Below, piece by piece: positions 19,065 through 28,921 of a DNA stretch of 64,000 nt. The stretch is from an uncultured virus (IMG/VR IMGVR_UViG_3300028840_007129) (lineage: Duplodnaviria; Heunggongvirae; Uroviricota; Caudoviricetes). The notes under the pieces were generated by a model. The model saw only the letters and a list, made by a program, of their open reading frames with translations. It had not been told where the DNA came from and did no database searches. Position 1 is the first letter of the stretch, and every line of letters begins with the position of its first letter. The translations under genes were made by a program, and so were the position numbers. Where the stretch lies: the IMG/VR virus record IMGVR_UViG_3300028840_007129; one strand, written 5' to 3'.

Positions 19065-20813
19065 TTATCCCTTCATCGGCTTCCCGTAGAGATTCTGATA
19101 TGCCCTCTTGAAGAGCACACTCGGATATAAGTCCACGCGAGTACCCCGGTAGGTTTTACTCCTTGAATAGCTGATATTCAGGTATCTTCGGGCCCTGGTA
19201 CAGGCCACATAGAAGAGCCTGGACTCCTCATCAATGTCCGTGGAGAACTTATGGGGCCAGGTATCAAACTCCACCCCCACCACGAACACCCGGTCGAACT
19301 CCAACCCCTTACTGGCATGGGCGGTCATGAGCTTCACACCCTTACCGGTGTCCCTTTCAAGGAACGTACTGGCCAGTATGAGCTCATCAACCGTTTTATA
19401 CTGCTGTACCGCTTCCAGGAGGGCTGTAAGCATGTTCAGGTCCGAGTCCTTAGTCAGGGCCTGCCGGTATCCTGTCCGGTCCAGGACCTCGGTTATGGCC
19501 CTGTGGGGTACCATTCCTATGATATCCTTGAGGAGCTTGAGAAAGTCTTCTATAACGGGCATCTCAAGGGCCATGTATTCGAGGTAGGTCCTGCCTTCCA
19601 GATAGAGCTTCTCCTGTTTAGCCTCCCCAAAACCCCTTTTAGGCACGTTCACGATGCGTGCGGTCGATTCCAGGTCTGATGGGTTCGCAGAGGCCTTAAG
19701 GTACGCCAGCATGTCTCTGACGACTCTTCTCTGGAAGAAGGGCTTGTCCCCGATAACCTGATAGGATATACCCATACGGGCCAGGGTCTGTTCAAAGAAC
19801 AGGGACCGGGAGTTCACGCGGTAGAGGATGGCAGTTTCCTCATGGTTATCCATTAGGGATATGCCCGTGGCTATCTTGTTGGCTTCATCCTCCAGGCTAT
19901 CCCAGGCGGACATGGAGATGTTGCCCTTGTTAGAGGACTTTGCCACCATGGGCTTACCGTATTGTAGGAACCCATTGGCCTGTTTGATAATATCCGGGCA
20001 GGACCGGTAGTTATAGGTCAGGTAGCAGACGGTGGGGTGGTATTTCCTCTGGAATTCCACCATGTTCTCGGGGTGTGCGCTTCTAAAGGCATAGATGCTC
20101 TGATTGCTATCACCCACCACGAAGAGATTCTTTGTAGTGGCTTTATTATAAAGGAGTTGGATGATCCTGAACTGTATGATGGAGGTGTCCTGAAACTCAT
20201 CGACCAGGATATGTTTCCATAGCCCCATGAAATAGTCCCTGCAGTCTTTATGTTCAAGGCATTGTATTGCAAGGAGTTGTAAGTCATCGAAGTCACAAGC
20301 GTTGTTTTTTATGAGTATCTGCTGATAGGCCTTGTAGATGTCTCCCAGGGTGATGGTATGGACCTCATCGACGGATTTCCCATCGAGGTCATCGACCAGG
20401 TCATCGGATTTGGCCCGGCTGATGGCACTGAGGACCTCATTGGGCTGGGTGGTTATATTTCGGGCTTTGAGGATGGTTTTGATGACGGATAGCTGGTCGT
20501 TATTATCGTAGATGGAGAAGGGGGGTCTGAGGTAGGTGTGCTTATAGAAGGAGCGGATGATACGTACGCACATGCTGTGGATGGTGGATATCTGCATGTC
20601 GTTGATATTGAAGCCCCTTAGGCGGGACTTCATCTCGTTGGCGGCTTTATTGGTGAAGGTGATGGCGCAGACGGAGGCTGGGGGAGCACCGGTTTTGAGG
20701 ATGGACTCTATTTTGGCTATGAGGCAGCGGGTTTTACCGCTTCCGGCCGAGGCATTTACGAGGGTCGGGGAGGGGGCATGGATGGCCCGGAGTTGTTCGT
20801 CATTGAGTGCCAT
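19065..20813 (-). CDS. uvrD: UvrD/PcrA/Rep SF1 helicase
   Basis: ASAGSGKT, TFTNKAA, VDEFQDT, VGDSNQSIYAFR, NYRS, HASKGLEF and RLFYVACTRAR motifs. Confidence 0.95.
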   Translation of the reverse strand: MALNDEQLRAIHAPSPTLVNASAGSGKTRCLIAKIESILKTGAPPASVCAITFTNKAANEMKSRLRGFNINDMQISTIHSMCVRIIRSFYKHTYLRPPFSIYDNNDQLSVIKTILKARNITTQPNEVLSAISRAKSDDLVDDLDGKSVDEVHTITLGDIYKAYQQILIKNNACDFDDLQLLAIQCLEHKDCRDYFMGLWKHILVDEFQDTSIIQFRIIQLLYNKATTKNLFVVGDSNQSIYAFRSAHPENMVEFQRKYHPTVCYLTYNYRSCPDIIKQANGFLQYGKPMVAKSSNKGNISMSAWDSLEDEANKIATGISLMDNHEETAILYRVNSRSLFFEQTLARMGISYQVIGDKPFFQRRVVRDMLAYLKASANPSDLESTARIVNVPKRGFGEAKQEKLYLEGRTYLEYMALEMPVIEDFLKLLKDIIGMVPHRAITEVLDRTGYRQALTKDSDLNMLTALLEAVQQYKTVDELILASTFLERDTGKGVKLMTAHASKGLEFDRVFVVGVEFDTWPHKFSTDIDEESRLFYVACTRARRYLNISYSRSKTYRGTRVDLYPSVLFKRAYQNLYGKPMKG

Positions 20814-21843
20814 ACCCTATTATAGCGGGATAGTGTCTGGAATTAAATACTATGTTCCGGCAGATGAGCTCTTTCTCGTTAAAAACACACATATGGCCGG
20901 GTATCGTCGTAGCCATCGCCGGTAGAGCCTTTGACCTCTGCGATCTTCTTGACTACTTCCTTCGCCTTGGCAACGTTCTCCCACGTCTTATCGCTCTTCT
21001 GCTCGACAGGCGCTCGTTCGAAATCGGCTATCGGAATGTTGTAATCTTTCGCGATGCGAATGAGCATATTTCGAGCGCTCGTCAACAAAGCAATCGAGTT
21101 ATTCATGACGTTCTCGGGACCATTAACGCCAGTTGGACCTCTAGCGCCAATTGTACGCCGAAATAGTTGAAGAACTTCAAATTCGATTTGTTGAATTTTC
21201 GGAAATACTGTATCTAGTTCGTCGAACACTACGACTTTCTCTGCCATTGTACGTTCTCCTGTTCTTCACGAAATAGTTCAACTAGTCCACAACTTCTGCA
21301 CGTTCGAGATCCACAATATTTCTGTTGAGCGTTCTGAAACACGTTTGACTCGTAAGTCCAGGAAACACGTTTGACTCGTAAGTCCAGGGACCATGCCAAT
21401 TCAATCGACATCGAAGTGGAAGAGGCTTGCGGCATGTGTTCTCTTCTTGGGACTCTTCTCAAATTCAGCGATTATTATACTGTCTCATGTGTTTTTGATG
21501 GGTTCTAGGACACGCATAAGGAAAGAACTCCACCAATTTTCGGCATATGCTTTAGCTTCTTCAATTGTATCGAATTCTTTTGATAGGATATATCCTTTTA
21601 TCTCAGTATCTCCTAAAATATTAAGTTTGCTGCCATGTAAGCGAGTGTAACAGATAAAGACTAAAAGGCCATTTTTGGCGACAAAGCCTACCTCAGCCTC
21701 TTTCCATTCTAGTGGTTTAATCTTGAAATGACGGTTAGTTATTGCCCTCGAAGTCTTTTTCATAGGGGCCCCTTTAGTACATGATAGTTAGATGGGGCCC
21801 TAAATTAAACATGATGATTCATCCCCGCACAAATAAGAATTAT

Positions 21844-22251
21844 TTATAACGAGGGCTTTGCTAATTTTCCGTTGGATTCTATACATGGTTCGCTATATAA
21901 TCTATAAGTTATTGTTGCTATATTTCCAGTCTTATTATAATAAGTAGAACTAACATAGACCAGCCACTCTGCCCCAATAAGTCTAGCTTTCTTTCTTGCT
22001 ATTATATGGGCTGTTTCATAATCTTCTCCTATAGCTGCTAATGGTCCCCAGGTGAGGGTCATTGTACCCATTATTACGCCCATTATGCATTCTGAAACTA
22101 GTATACATTCTTCGATATATGACCCGGATGGTAGTTCAAGAGAAGGCCTAAATTCTCTAAGACAAGAACCTGAATCCACAACGAGTATTGTATCCATAGT
22201 CTGGGCATGCAAAGTTGTCAAAAAGAATATTATAATAAAAAACACCACCAT
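21844..22251 (-). CDS. Putative exported hypothetical protein at the trailer end of CRISPR array 1
   Basis: Hydrophobic signal-peptide-like N-terminus; AT-rich. Confidence 0.55.
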   Translation of the reverse strand: MVVFFIIIFFLTTLHAQTMDTILVVDSGSCLREFRPSLELPSGSYIEECILVSECIMGVIMGTMTLTWGPLAAIGEDYETAHIIARKKARLIGAEWLVYVSSTYYNKTGNIATITYRLYSEPCIESNGKLAKPSL

Positions 22252-22290
22252 AATAGCTCCTATTCACCATTGGTTATATAGGAATACTTT

Positions 22291-22962
22291 CGCTTCATTC
22301 CCAACGTGGGAATACTCGTGGATGCTCAAGTCCAATGTTTGCAGACACGGTTCATCCCCGTGACTTCGACAGCACGCCCGACACGCGGTTAGGTTCATCC
22401 CCGCGCACGGGGAATACGCCGCACGGGAGGGAAAACTGGCCGCACTGGACCGGTTCATCCCCGCGCACGCGGGGAATACGATACGCTCACCGCCGTCCTG
22501 CGTCGTGTACCACGGTTCATCCCCGCGCACGCGGGGAATACTGGACCGGGGGCTGGTTCAGCATCTCTTTGACCGGTTCATCCCCGCGCACGCGGGGAAT
22601 ACTGAGTCGGTCGAGGGTAGTTCTGCACGCTTCACGGTTCATCCCCGCGTGCGCGGGGAATACTGGCCACAGGCCGGGCATCGGTATGGATAGATCGGTT
22701 CATCCCCGCGCACGCGGGGAATACTGATGTGTATTGCAATATTTCTCTAATGCGTCCGGTTCATCCCCGCGCACGCGGGGAATACGAAATTCCCGAACTG
22801 CTTGAAAAATGAATGATATGGTTCATCCCCGCGCACGCGGGGAATACGGTGTGTGGATCCGACGTCAACGATCGGTTCATCCCCGCGCACGCGGGGAATA
22901 CGTATCATCCAACCGCAACGTGATCCGCTGTGACGGTTCATCCCCGCGCACGCGGGGAATAC
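22291..22962 (-). CRISPR. CRISPR array 1, type I-E repeat GTATTCCCCGCGTGCGCGGGGATGAACCG
   Basis: Ten near-consensus repeats (starts 22391, 22451, 22513, 22574, 22635, 22696, 22757, 22819, 22873, 22934) plus two degenerate ones (22291, 22348); spacers mostly 32-33 nt, one of 25 nt. Confidence 0.98.
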
Positions 22963-23039
22963 TCCAATATATTGAAACAAATAGGCCCCTGTTATACAAC
23001 ATGTGGTAGAAAATGTCAAAGAGCAAAATCGGTAGAACT
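22963..23039 (-). promoter_or_regulatory. CRISPR leader 1 with promoter
   Basis: Near-identical to 31340-31416; TTGACA(23019-23014)-N17-TATAAC. Confidence 0.85.
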
Positions 23040-23059
23040 CTAAAGCTCCTATGGAACTA

Positions 23060-23404
23060 CTAATATTTTCCCATGGTAACCCATGCTTTAATGGCAGCGA
23101 CTTGTTGTGTAGTATACATATTTTTATATAAAGCTCTAATTTGTTCAGTACCCATACCCTTTTTTATCATCTTTATTATCTGCCCCCTTATATCGTCTCC
23201 CATCCTCATCACTGACTTTTCTATTTTTTTTGTAACTGCCCTAATTTTTCTGACAGGTGAGTTTTTTTTCAGAACCGCACGAATACCAGCAATTTGCTGT
23301 CTTGTATAAATGTTTCGGTAGAAAAACATGATTCGTTCAGTTGGAAAACCCGCTTTGACCATGATCTCAATTTCTGCGCGGTCGGTAAGAGTCATGTCAT
23401 TCAT
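23060..23404 (-). CDS. Small basic protein with two HTH-like repeats, last gene of the cas operon
   Basis: Internal repeat GFPTERI..FYRNIYTRQQIAGIRA / GMGTEQI..LYKNMYTTQQVAAIKA; GGAGG RBS. Confidence 0.7.
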   Translation of the reverse strand: MNDMTLTDRAEIEIMVKAGFPTERIMFFYRNIYTRQQIAGIRAVLKKNSPVRKIRAVTKKIEKSVMRMGDDIRGQIIKMIKKGMGTEQIRALYKNMYTTQQVAAIKAWVTMGKY

Positions 23405-23414
23405 AGAAGACCTC

Positions 23415-26231
23415 CTATGGTATGATTCTATCCCTGGGTATTTCCGCTTTGAACGATACCGAAAATTCTGGTAGTGCCGCTACTTTGTTTAATTTACTGA
23501 GAGCTTTCCATGTTCCCTTATCAAAAGCATATTGAGAGTTCCTGTAAGTTAGAATATATGATTTTCCATGGGGTTTGAGAGACCTCCCCCCATAACATAC
23601 GGCCTCTATTCCGGAACCATCATGCTTAGTTATTCTTGCAAAAAAATTTGATATGAAAGTCATACCCCTTATACTAAGCGGATCATTTTCAGAAGCGACT
23701 ACTGTTACCCACCGCCCTTTAAGGTCCTCTTGATATTTTGACAGTTCAATATACTTTGGTTTAGATATCTTTATTGAGGAAAGATCAGTCAATTCTTTTT
23801 CTATAGCCACCTTATCAACTGCGTCTTTTACTACTTCATTTTCTTTGCTTAATTCACCCCTTGCTATAATATTTTTTAATTCATTCTCTATTTCCTTGAA
23901 TGTGAAATAATCTATTCCTTCTTTTGTTCCAAATATCCTGAAATCTCCCCTGATATATTTCTCGAATACTAGGTCGAATTTTTCTCTAAATTCGTCAAAA
24001 TTGAAATTAGATAGGTCATAAAAACCACTCTCAGATAATGAATCAAAGATGTTTTTTCTCTCATTTCCTAGAAATTGCCTGATGAGCTTATAGTATGAGA
24101 ATTGAGCAAAGTTGCTGAAATATGTTCTATTTATTCTTTTACCGCTACCCCCTATTTCAATACCCCCCTTTATCTTATCGTAGAAATTAGAACCTATTTC
24201 TCTTAGCTCCTTGATGATAATATCCTGATCAGTTATGCCACGCAGTTCTATCTGAGCCGCATATCTTAGAATTTCAGCTTTCAGAGCTGCATAATTTGCA
24301 TCCCCTATGATATTATAAAGGGGCTTGTACTCAGGACGAGCGTGTGACCCTATAATGGGTAATGCAATCGGGATAAAGAGGTCATCCATCATGAGAGATA
24401 CAAGTATGGCATTTACTCGGTCAGAGCATTTTATTCTCAACCCCTTAGTTTCAGACCTGGGAAGATAGCAATGGATATTTATCTCTGTTTTACCTTTATA
24501 TTTTCTTAAAACGCGACCTATCAGCTGACTCATCACTCGTATAGAATTTACTGTTTTTAAAATATGAAGGACGCTGGCCCATGGCCAATCTGTTCCCTCA
24601 TTCATCATGTCCACTGCTATAACTATATCATAAAAATCATCATTTTTCTTATTGAACAGGTCTTTTTTATTGTATTTCTGGTTTTTCCTATCAACGAGGT
24701 CGCAGACCTCTCCAAGGGCACCTATTCTGCTCCTAATGACCTTATAAACCCTATCACCATCAGTTCTTAGTCCTGTATTTGATGGCGGAAATACTATGAT
24801 CTGTTTTCGACCCCTGTACTTTTTTACTTGCTGAGGTATTAATTTTTTAGCATGGTTAACGTTAAAGAATATATAGTCAAAAAAGACCTTCTTTATACCA
24901 AGACTCCTGAAGTGCTCGTGAAAAGGTACATCAAACCTCTCGAAAAGATCATGGTATGTTTTATAATCTACTAGGGGAAGCCAGTCAGTCCTGTATGGCG
25001 TGGCTGTAAATAGATGGACACCAAAACTTTTATCTTTAAATCTTATAGCTTCATCTATGTATCTTCCTATATTAGTCGGCCTTGAGTTATTTTTTTCATC
25101 TTCAACTCCTTGATGGTGGCACTCATCTACATAAATATGAAGATTTTTGCAAATTTTCCGTCTCTCTTCTTTTGAACACCGTTTCCATACTTCTACAAAT
25201 CCAGCATGAGTCGCAGTCGCAGTATTGTGGACTCTCGGTCTACTTAAAAGCCACTTTTTAAGTTCTTCTGCCACATTTCGGCAATCTCTGTCACTAAATC
25301 TTGTTGCCGGTGACCAATTGAGGACCTTACCCTTTAATCGAAATTTAGCGGGTTCGGCATAGAAATAAGTAAGGTGCCCTTGGGGTGCTATGATCAATGA
25401 CTTTTGAGTTTTTTTACGGGAGAGGGTTAGGGCTATTATTAAGACACTCTTGCCCCATCCAGGCGGTGCTACGGTTATAGTATAATTCCTATTAACTGAC
25501 CCATCTAGTATTTCCTTCTGTTTCTTAGTAAGTACAAACTCACCCCTCCTTAAATATGTTGGTTCAAGGAGGTCCCTGTATTTCTCCTTAAAAGTATATT
25601 CGAATGAGGGGGCTGCATCGCTCTCTTCACCTTTTTTCTGAAGAAGGAGCATGCACATTTTAGATCTCTTTTTATATGATTTATATGGGTGGGTTCCAAC
25701 CTCAATAACCTCATTATCTAGGTCCTCAAATGACGCATATTGCTTAGCGAGAGTTTTTATTATTTCCTCTCTTTTCTTTTCTCTTCGATATCTTATGTTC
25801 AAAATGCCATTGATGCAGATAAGAGTTCCCGGAGGAGCCTCCATAATGACAGGTCTTACGGATCGGCCGAGCTCATCGTTATCGACACTGTTTAGGGAAT
25901 CGTAATAAATTATTGCAGGAGGGTATTCATCGACATGTTCACGGAAGGTCGTTCTAAACTCACCCCTGAACCAAGTGGCACTAGAATGAAGCTTTTTATT
26001 AAACTCAATGTTTCGTGGATCCCGATCTACTCCAACAAATTGCTTCTTTTTTATGTATCCCTTGATACACAACTGGTTTATTTCTGAACTCTCCGAATTA
26101 GACTGTTCCCCACATAGAGTCCAGTAATATTGACCCTTTGGAATAAACCTGTTTCCGGTTATTCTGGAATACTCATTGAAAAGCCATTCTCTGGCTTCTA
26201 TCTTCTCTCGGGTCTCGTAACGAGAGCTCAT
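23415..26231 (-). CDS. CRISPR-associated fusion: N-terminal SAM-methyltransferase-like fold plus SF2 (Res/YeeB-like) helicase; no HD nuclease seen
   Basis: Helicase motifs APPGWGKS, VDECHH, TATP, MMNEGTDWP, QLIGRVLR; N-terminal YWTLCG, FVGVDRD, WFRGEF, IIYYDS, PGTLICIN; ATGA overlap with the cas6 stop. Confidence 0.8.
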   Translation of the reverse strand: MSSRYETREKIEAREWLFNEYSRITGNRFIPKGQYYWTLCGEQSNSESSEINQLCIKGYIKKKQFVGVDRDPRNIEFNKKLHSSATWFRGEFRTTFREHVDEYPPAIIYYDSLNSVDNDELGRSVRPVIMEAPPGTLICINGILNIRYRREKKREEIIKTLAKQYASFEDLDNEVIEVGTHPYKSYKKRSKMCMLLLQKKGEESDAAPSFEYTFKEKYRDLLEPTYLRRGEFVLTKKQKEILDGSVNRNYTITVAPPGWGKSVLIIALTLSRKKTQKSLIIAPQGHLTYFYAEPAKFRLKGKVLNWSPATRFSDRDCRNVAEELKKWLLSRPRVHNTATATHAGFVEVWKRCSKEERRKICKNLHIYVDECHHQGVEDEKNNSRPTNIGRYIDEAIRFKDKSFGVHLFTATPYRTDWLPLVDYKTYHDLFERFDVPFHEHFRSLGIKKVFFDYIFFNVNHAKKLIPQQVKKYRGRKQIIVFPPSNTGLRTDGDRVYKVIRSRIGALGEVCDLVDRKNQKYNKKDLFNKKNDDFYDIVIAVDMMNEGTDWPWASVLHILKTVNSIRVMSQLIGRVLRKYKGKTEINIHCYLPRSETKGLRIKCSDRVNAILVSLMMDDLFIPIALPIIGSHARPEYKPLYNIIGDANYAALKAEILRYAAQIELRGITDQDIIIKELREIGSNFYDKIKGGIEIGGSGKRINRTYFSNFAQFSYYKLIRQFLGNERKNIFDSLSESGFYDLSNFNFDEFREKFDLVFEKYIRGDFRIFGTKEGIDYFTFKEIENELKNIIARGELSKENEVVKDAVDKVAIEKELTDLSSIKISKPKYIELSKYQEDLKGRWVTVVASENDPLSIRGMTFISNFFARITKHDGSGIEAVCYGGRSLKPHGKSYILTYRNSQYAFDKGTWKALSKLNKVAALPEFSVSFKAEIPRDRIIP

Positions 26232-26848
26232 AGAGGAGTTATAAGAAGAAGACCGCAACCATAACGTCTTTGACTACCTATACCTCTGAAGATTGAGTTC
26301 AGAAATTGTTCCGCATCAGTTACTATCAGAGTTCCAGTAACTGATACAGTCGTGTATTTGATATCGTCATTATTCTTCTTGTGGTAAAAGGATATATTAT
26401 TGTACTGACCCGTCTGCATTTCAATAACTTCAAATCCGTGTAAGTTCTTTTTTGACTCGAACCATTGCTTTATAGCCTGATAAACCATGACACGCGGGGG
26501 CATCTGTTCTTTAGGAATGCCCTGTTCTCGTAGCCTATTCACGTACTGGGTTACCACATACTCCCTACCTTTTCTGTTCTTTTTCTTATCAGTAGGGTTG
26601 AGGCATATCTGAAAAGAGAAATATCGCCCTTTCGCTATTGCTGGCTGGTATGGTTTGGTTTTTATGAACCATGTCTTACTCTTGAAAATGGGTATGTTCT
26701 CAGATACGACGTATGTGTATGGCGATTCGTAAGCATAGACATACTTAGAATCAGGTATAATCATGCATAATTGGTTTTTGAACCAACCGGGACCGTGGTT
26801 TATTGATAAGTTCCTTTCTTCTTGGAATGTCATCTCACTGAAAAACAT
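26228..26848 (-). CDS. cas6: Cas6e (Cse3) crRNA endoribonuclease
   Basis: FQICLNPT and C-terminal Gly loop GIGSQRRYGCGLL. Confidence 0.9.
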   Translation of the reverse strand: MFFSEMTFQEERNLSINHGPGWFKNQLCMIIPDSKYVYAYESPYTYVVSENIPIFKSKTWFIKTKPYQPAIAKGRYFSFQICLNPTDKKKNRKGREYVVTQYVNRLREQGIPKEQMPPRVMVYQAIKQWFESKKNLHGFEVIEMQTGQYNNISFYHKKNNDDIKYTTVSVTGTLIVTDAEQFLNSIFRGIGSQRRYGCGLLLITPL

Positions 26849-27590
26849 ATACGCCCTCTTTCTCTAGTCTCGGACTGAACATCCTGTGCCCGATAACTAT
26901 ATCATACCGAATATGCTCACGTTTGCAGGTAAAACTGTTATCGGAGCCCTCCCAGAATACGGGCACTTTTCCTTTAACCGGATCATCAGTAATGGGTGAA
27001 TATCCTGAATATGCACGGTTAAGGTTCCGAGCCTCAATGATTTGAGGTTGGGGGGCGCTCTGAAGACAACACTTACGTCCGAGAAAGGGTTGAAATATAG
27101 GATAAAGAATGTGCTCCATCAGGTATTCAAGCTTCACCTTTTTGGATAGGCTCCAAATACAGGCCGTAAAAGAAGCCCCACAGAGATACTCCCTCTCTCC
27201 AATGATGGTATTAGACCTGCTCAGGTCTGTGTGTTTCTCGAATAAGTGATTGAGAGCCAGACGATCTTCCGGCCGCACGTTGAGGGCGGCATGGAAGTAT
27301 CTATTAGGCAATCCATTATCCTGGATATACTTGGAAGTATCCCGATGGAGTAACCCAACCGACTGAAAATCTACAATCTTTGTGCCGGGTCTATTTACAC
27401 GACATGAGAACCCTATAAGGCTGCAGAGTCCCTTAAGATGCTCAGCCTCGGTTAGGCCCAGACAAGCTCCCAGATACCCCACCACTCCGCTTTTGGTTGG
27501 CCTGGACTCCACAGCACGGTTATCGTTTGCTAGGGGGGACCCCCATGCTTGGAAAAGCCCCTCTAGTCCGAATAGGAGGTATTGGCCCAT
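26835..27590 (-). CDS. cas5: Cas5e (CasD)
   Basis: LLFGLEGLFQAWG...RPTKSGVVGYLGACLG, REYL and FLGRKCC motifs. Confidence 0.92.
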   Translation of the reverse strand: MGQYLLFGLEGLFQAWGSPLANDNRAVESRPTKSGVVGYLGACLGLTEAEHLKGLCSLIGFSCRVNRPGTKIVDFQSVGLLHRDTSKYIQDNGLPNRYFHAALNVRPEDRLALNHLFEKHTDLSRSNTIIGEREYLCGASFTACIWSLSKKVKLEYLMEHILYPIFQPFLGRKCCLQSAPQPQIIEARNLNRAYSGYSPITDDPVKGKVPVFWEGSDNSFTCKREHIRYDIVIGHRMFSPRLEKEGVYVFQ

Positions 27591-27592
27591 AA

Positions 27593-28921
27593 TTACCTCC
27601 TGGCCCGAGCTCTTTTCGTAGTGGGACGGCCCCTGCCTCTTTTGACGACCTTTGAACTTTTTGGGGGCCGACCCCTTTTTGCGGGCACGGATGAACGAAT
27701 TTTTTTGACCGGAATGAGGGCCTCCTTGAAAGCCCTGTCTTCTTCATCCTCACCAATTTTTCGGCCCTTGAAGGCTTTTTTGATGTGCTCTGAGATGAAA
27801 GCGTTCACGTTTCCGATATTATGTTTGCTGTCATCCAGTTCGCTCTCTTCGATGAAGAGTTCCATGGTATCGACGTCCATCAACTTTTTCCGTTTAATCT
27901 GCTCGATACGGCCTCGGAGTTTTCTGACCGCTCGATCAAACATCGGAGTTTCACCCTGAATGGGCAATTCTTGAACGAAGACGTTGCTGTAGTCCTCATA
28001 ATGCCCCTCACCCCTGGTGAAAAGGACATAATCGGCAAAACTGAGGCCATTGGCGATGGTGGTGCTATGTCCTGAGGGGGAGCATTCAATCATGCCCTTG
28101 ATTAGGTTGCAAACATCCTGGATGTTCTCATCAAGAGAGCGGTCATTGTTCCTGGCTAAAACACCCAGGTCGATGATAACACTGTAGGCGTAAAGAGCAC
28201 CATCTCTGAGCCATATATCTCCAAGGTGACCGGCACCCTTGGAATCACTGAGCTGATCGATCGCCGTGAAGAAATCCTTCCTGATACGTGTTTGATGAAC
28301 CGTTATGGCATGACCGAAGCGGCATGCCGCTTCAACTCTGTACTTCAGGTATGGGGGGCTGGCGTGCCTACCAAACAGTGATATATCGCTGGTAACATTG
28401 CGCCGATAAAGGTTAAAGAGCTCAGTTTTTTCTTCTTTGATTATCCAGTCGGATACGTCTTCTCCATTGGCCAGCTTTTCGATAAGTTGATTTACGGCAT
28501 TGAATTCACATGGTTGAATTTTCAAGACCTCAGTCTTGAATTTATCATCATTATTGCCATTCTTACCATTTTTGTTGTTTTTTGCTACTTTTTTCTTTTC
28601 ATCACTTTTCTTAGCGAAGGACTCTTTTATTTTTATGGCAAGAGCTTCAGCTTTTTCTTTCTTCATGCCCTTCTCGATGAGTTTCTCATAGGCATAAGCA
28701 CCAATATGCCCCGTCTGTACAGAGATGACCCCGCTATCAGCAAGAGCATCCCTGATAATGCTCCTTTTCCGGGACTGTGAGGAATCTCTGCCTCTCTCCG
28801 ATCCCAGGCAATTGGCCCCCTTCGGAAGACCATCACGGTCACGATTCACGTTAGAGGGACCCCTCTTAAAAAGTACCGTGGCCGTGATGAAAAAGCTTTT
28901 TGTCCGGTTGTAGAGACTCAT
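27593..28921 (-). CDS. cas7: Cas7e (Cse4) with basic AT-hook C-terminal tail
   Basis: PSNVNRDRDGLPK, SSQSRKR, LFGR, HAITVH, DFFTAID and GAGHLG motifs. Confidence 0.92.
   Translation of the reverse strand: MSLYNRTKSFFITATVLFKRGPSNVNRDRDGLPKGANCLGSERGRDSSQSRKRSIIRDALADSGVISVQTGHIGAYAYEKLIEKGMKKEKAEALAIKIKESFAKKSDEKKKVAKNNKNGKNGNNDDKFKTEVLKIQPCEFNAVNQLIEKLANGEDVSDWIIKEEKTELFNLYRRNVTSDISLFGRHASPPYLKYRVEAACRFGHAITVHQTRIRKDFFTAIDQLSDSKGAGHLGDIWLRDGALYAYSVIIDLGVLARNNDRSLDENIQDVCNLIKGMIECSPSGHSTTIANGLSFADYVLFTRGEGHYEDYSNVFVQELPIQGETPMFDRAVRKLRGRIEQIKRKKLMDVDTMELFIEESELDDSKHNIGNVNAFISEHIKKAFKGRKIGEDEEDRAFKEALIPVKKIRSSVPAKRGRPPKSSKVVKRGRGRPTTKRARARR

Noticed and set aside
22264..23019. ORFs across CRISPR array 1 (and 31134-31441 across array 2)
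   Set aside because: Translations of repeat-spacer DNA, not genes.
23415..26231. Calling the helicase cas3
   Set aside because: No HD motif; motif II-VI context (DECHH, EGTDWP, QLIGRVLR) is unlike Cas3 (DEVH, QRAGR..R).
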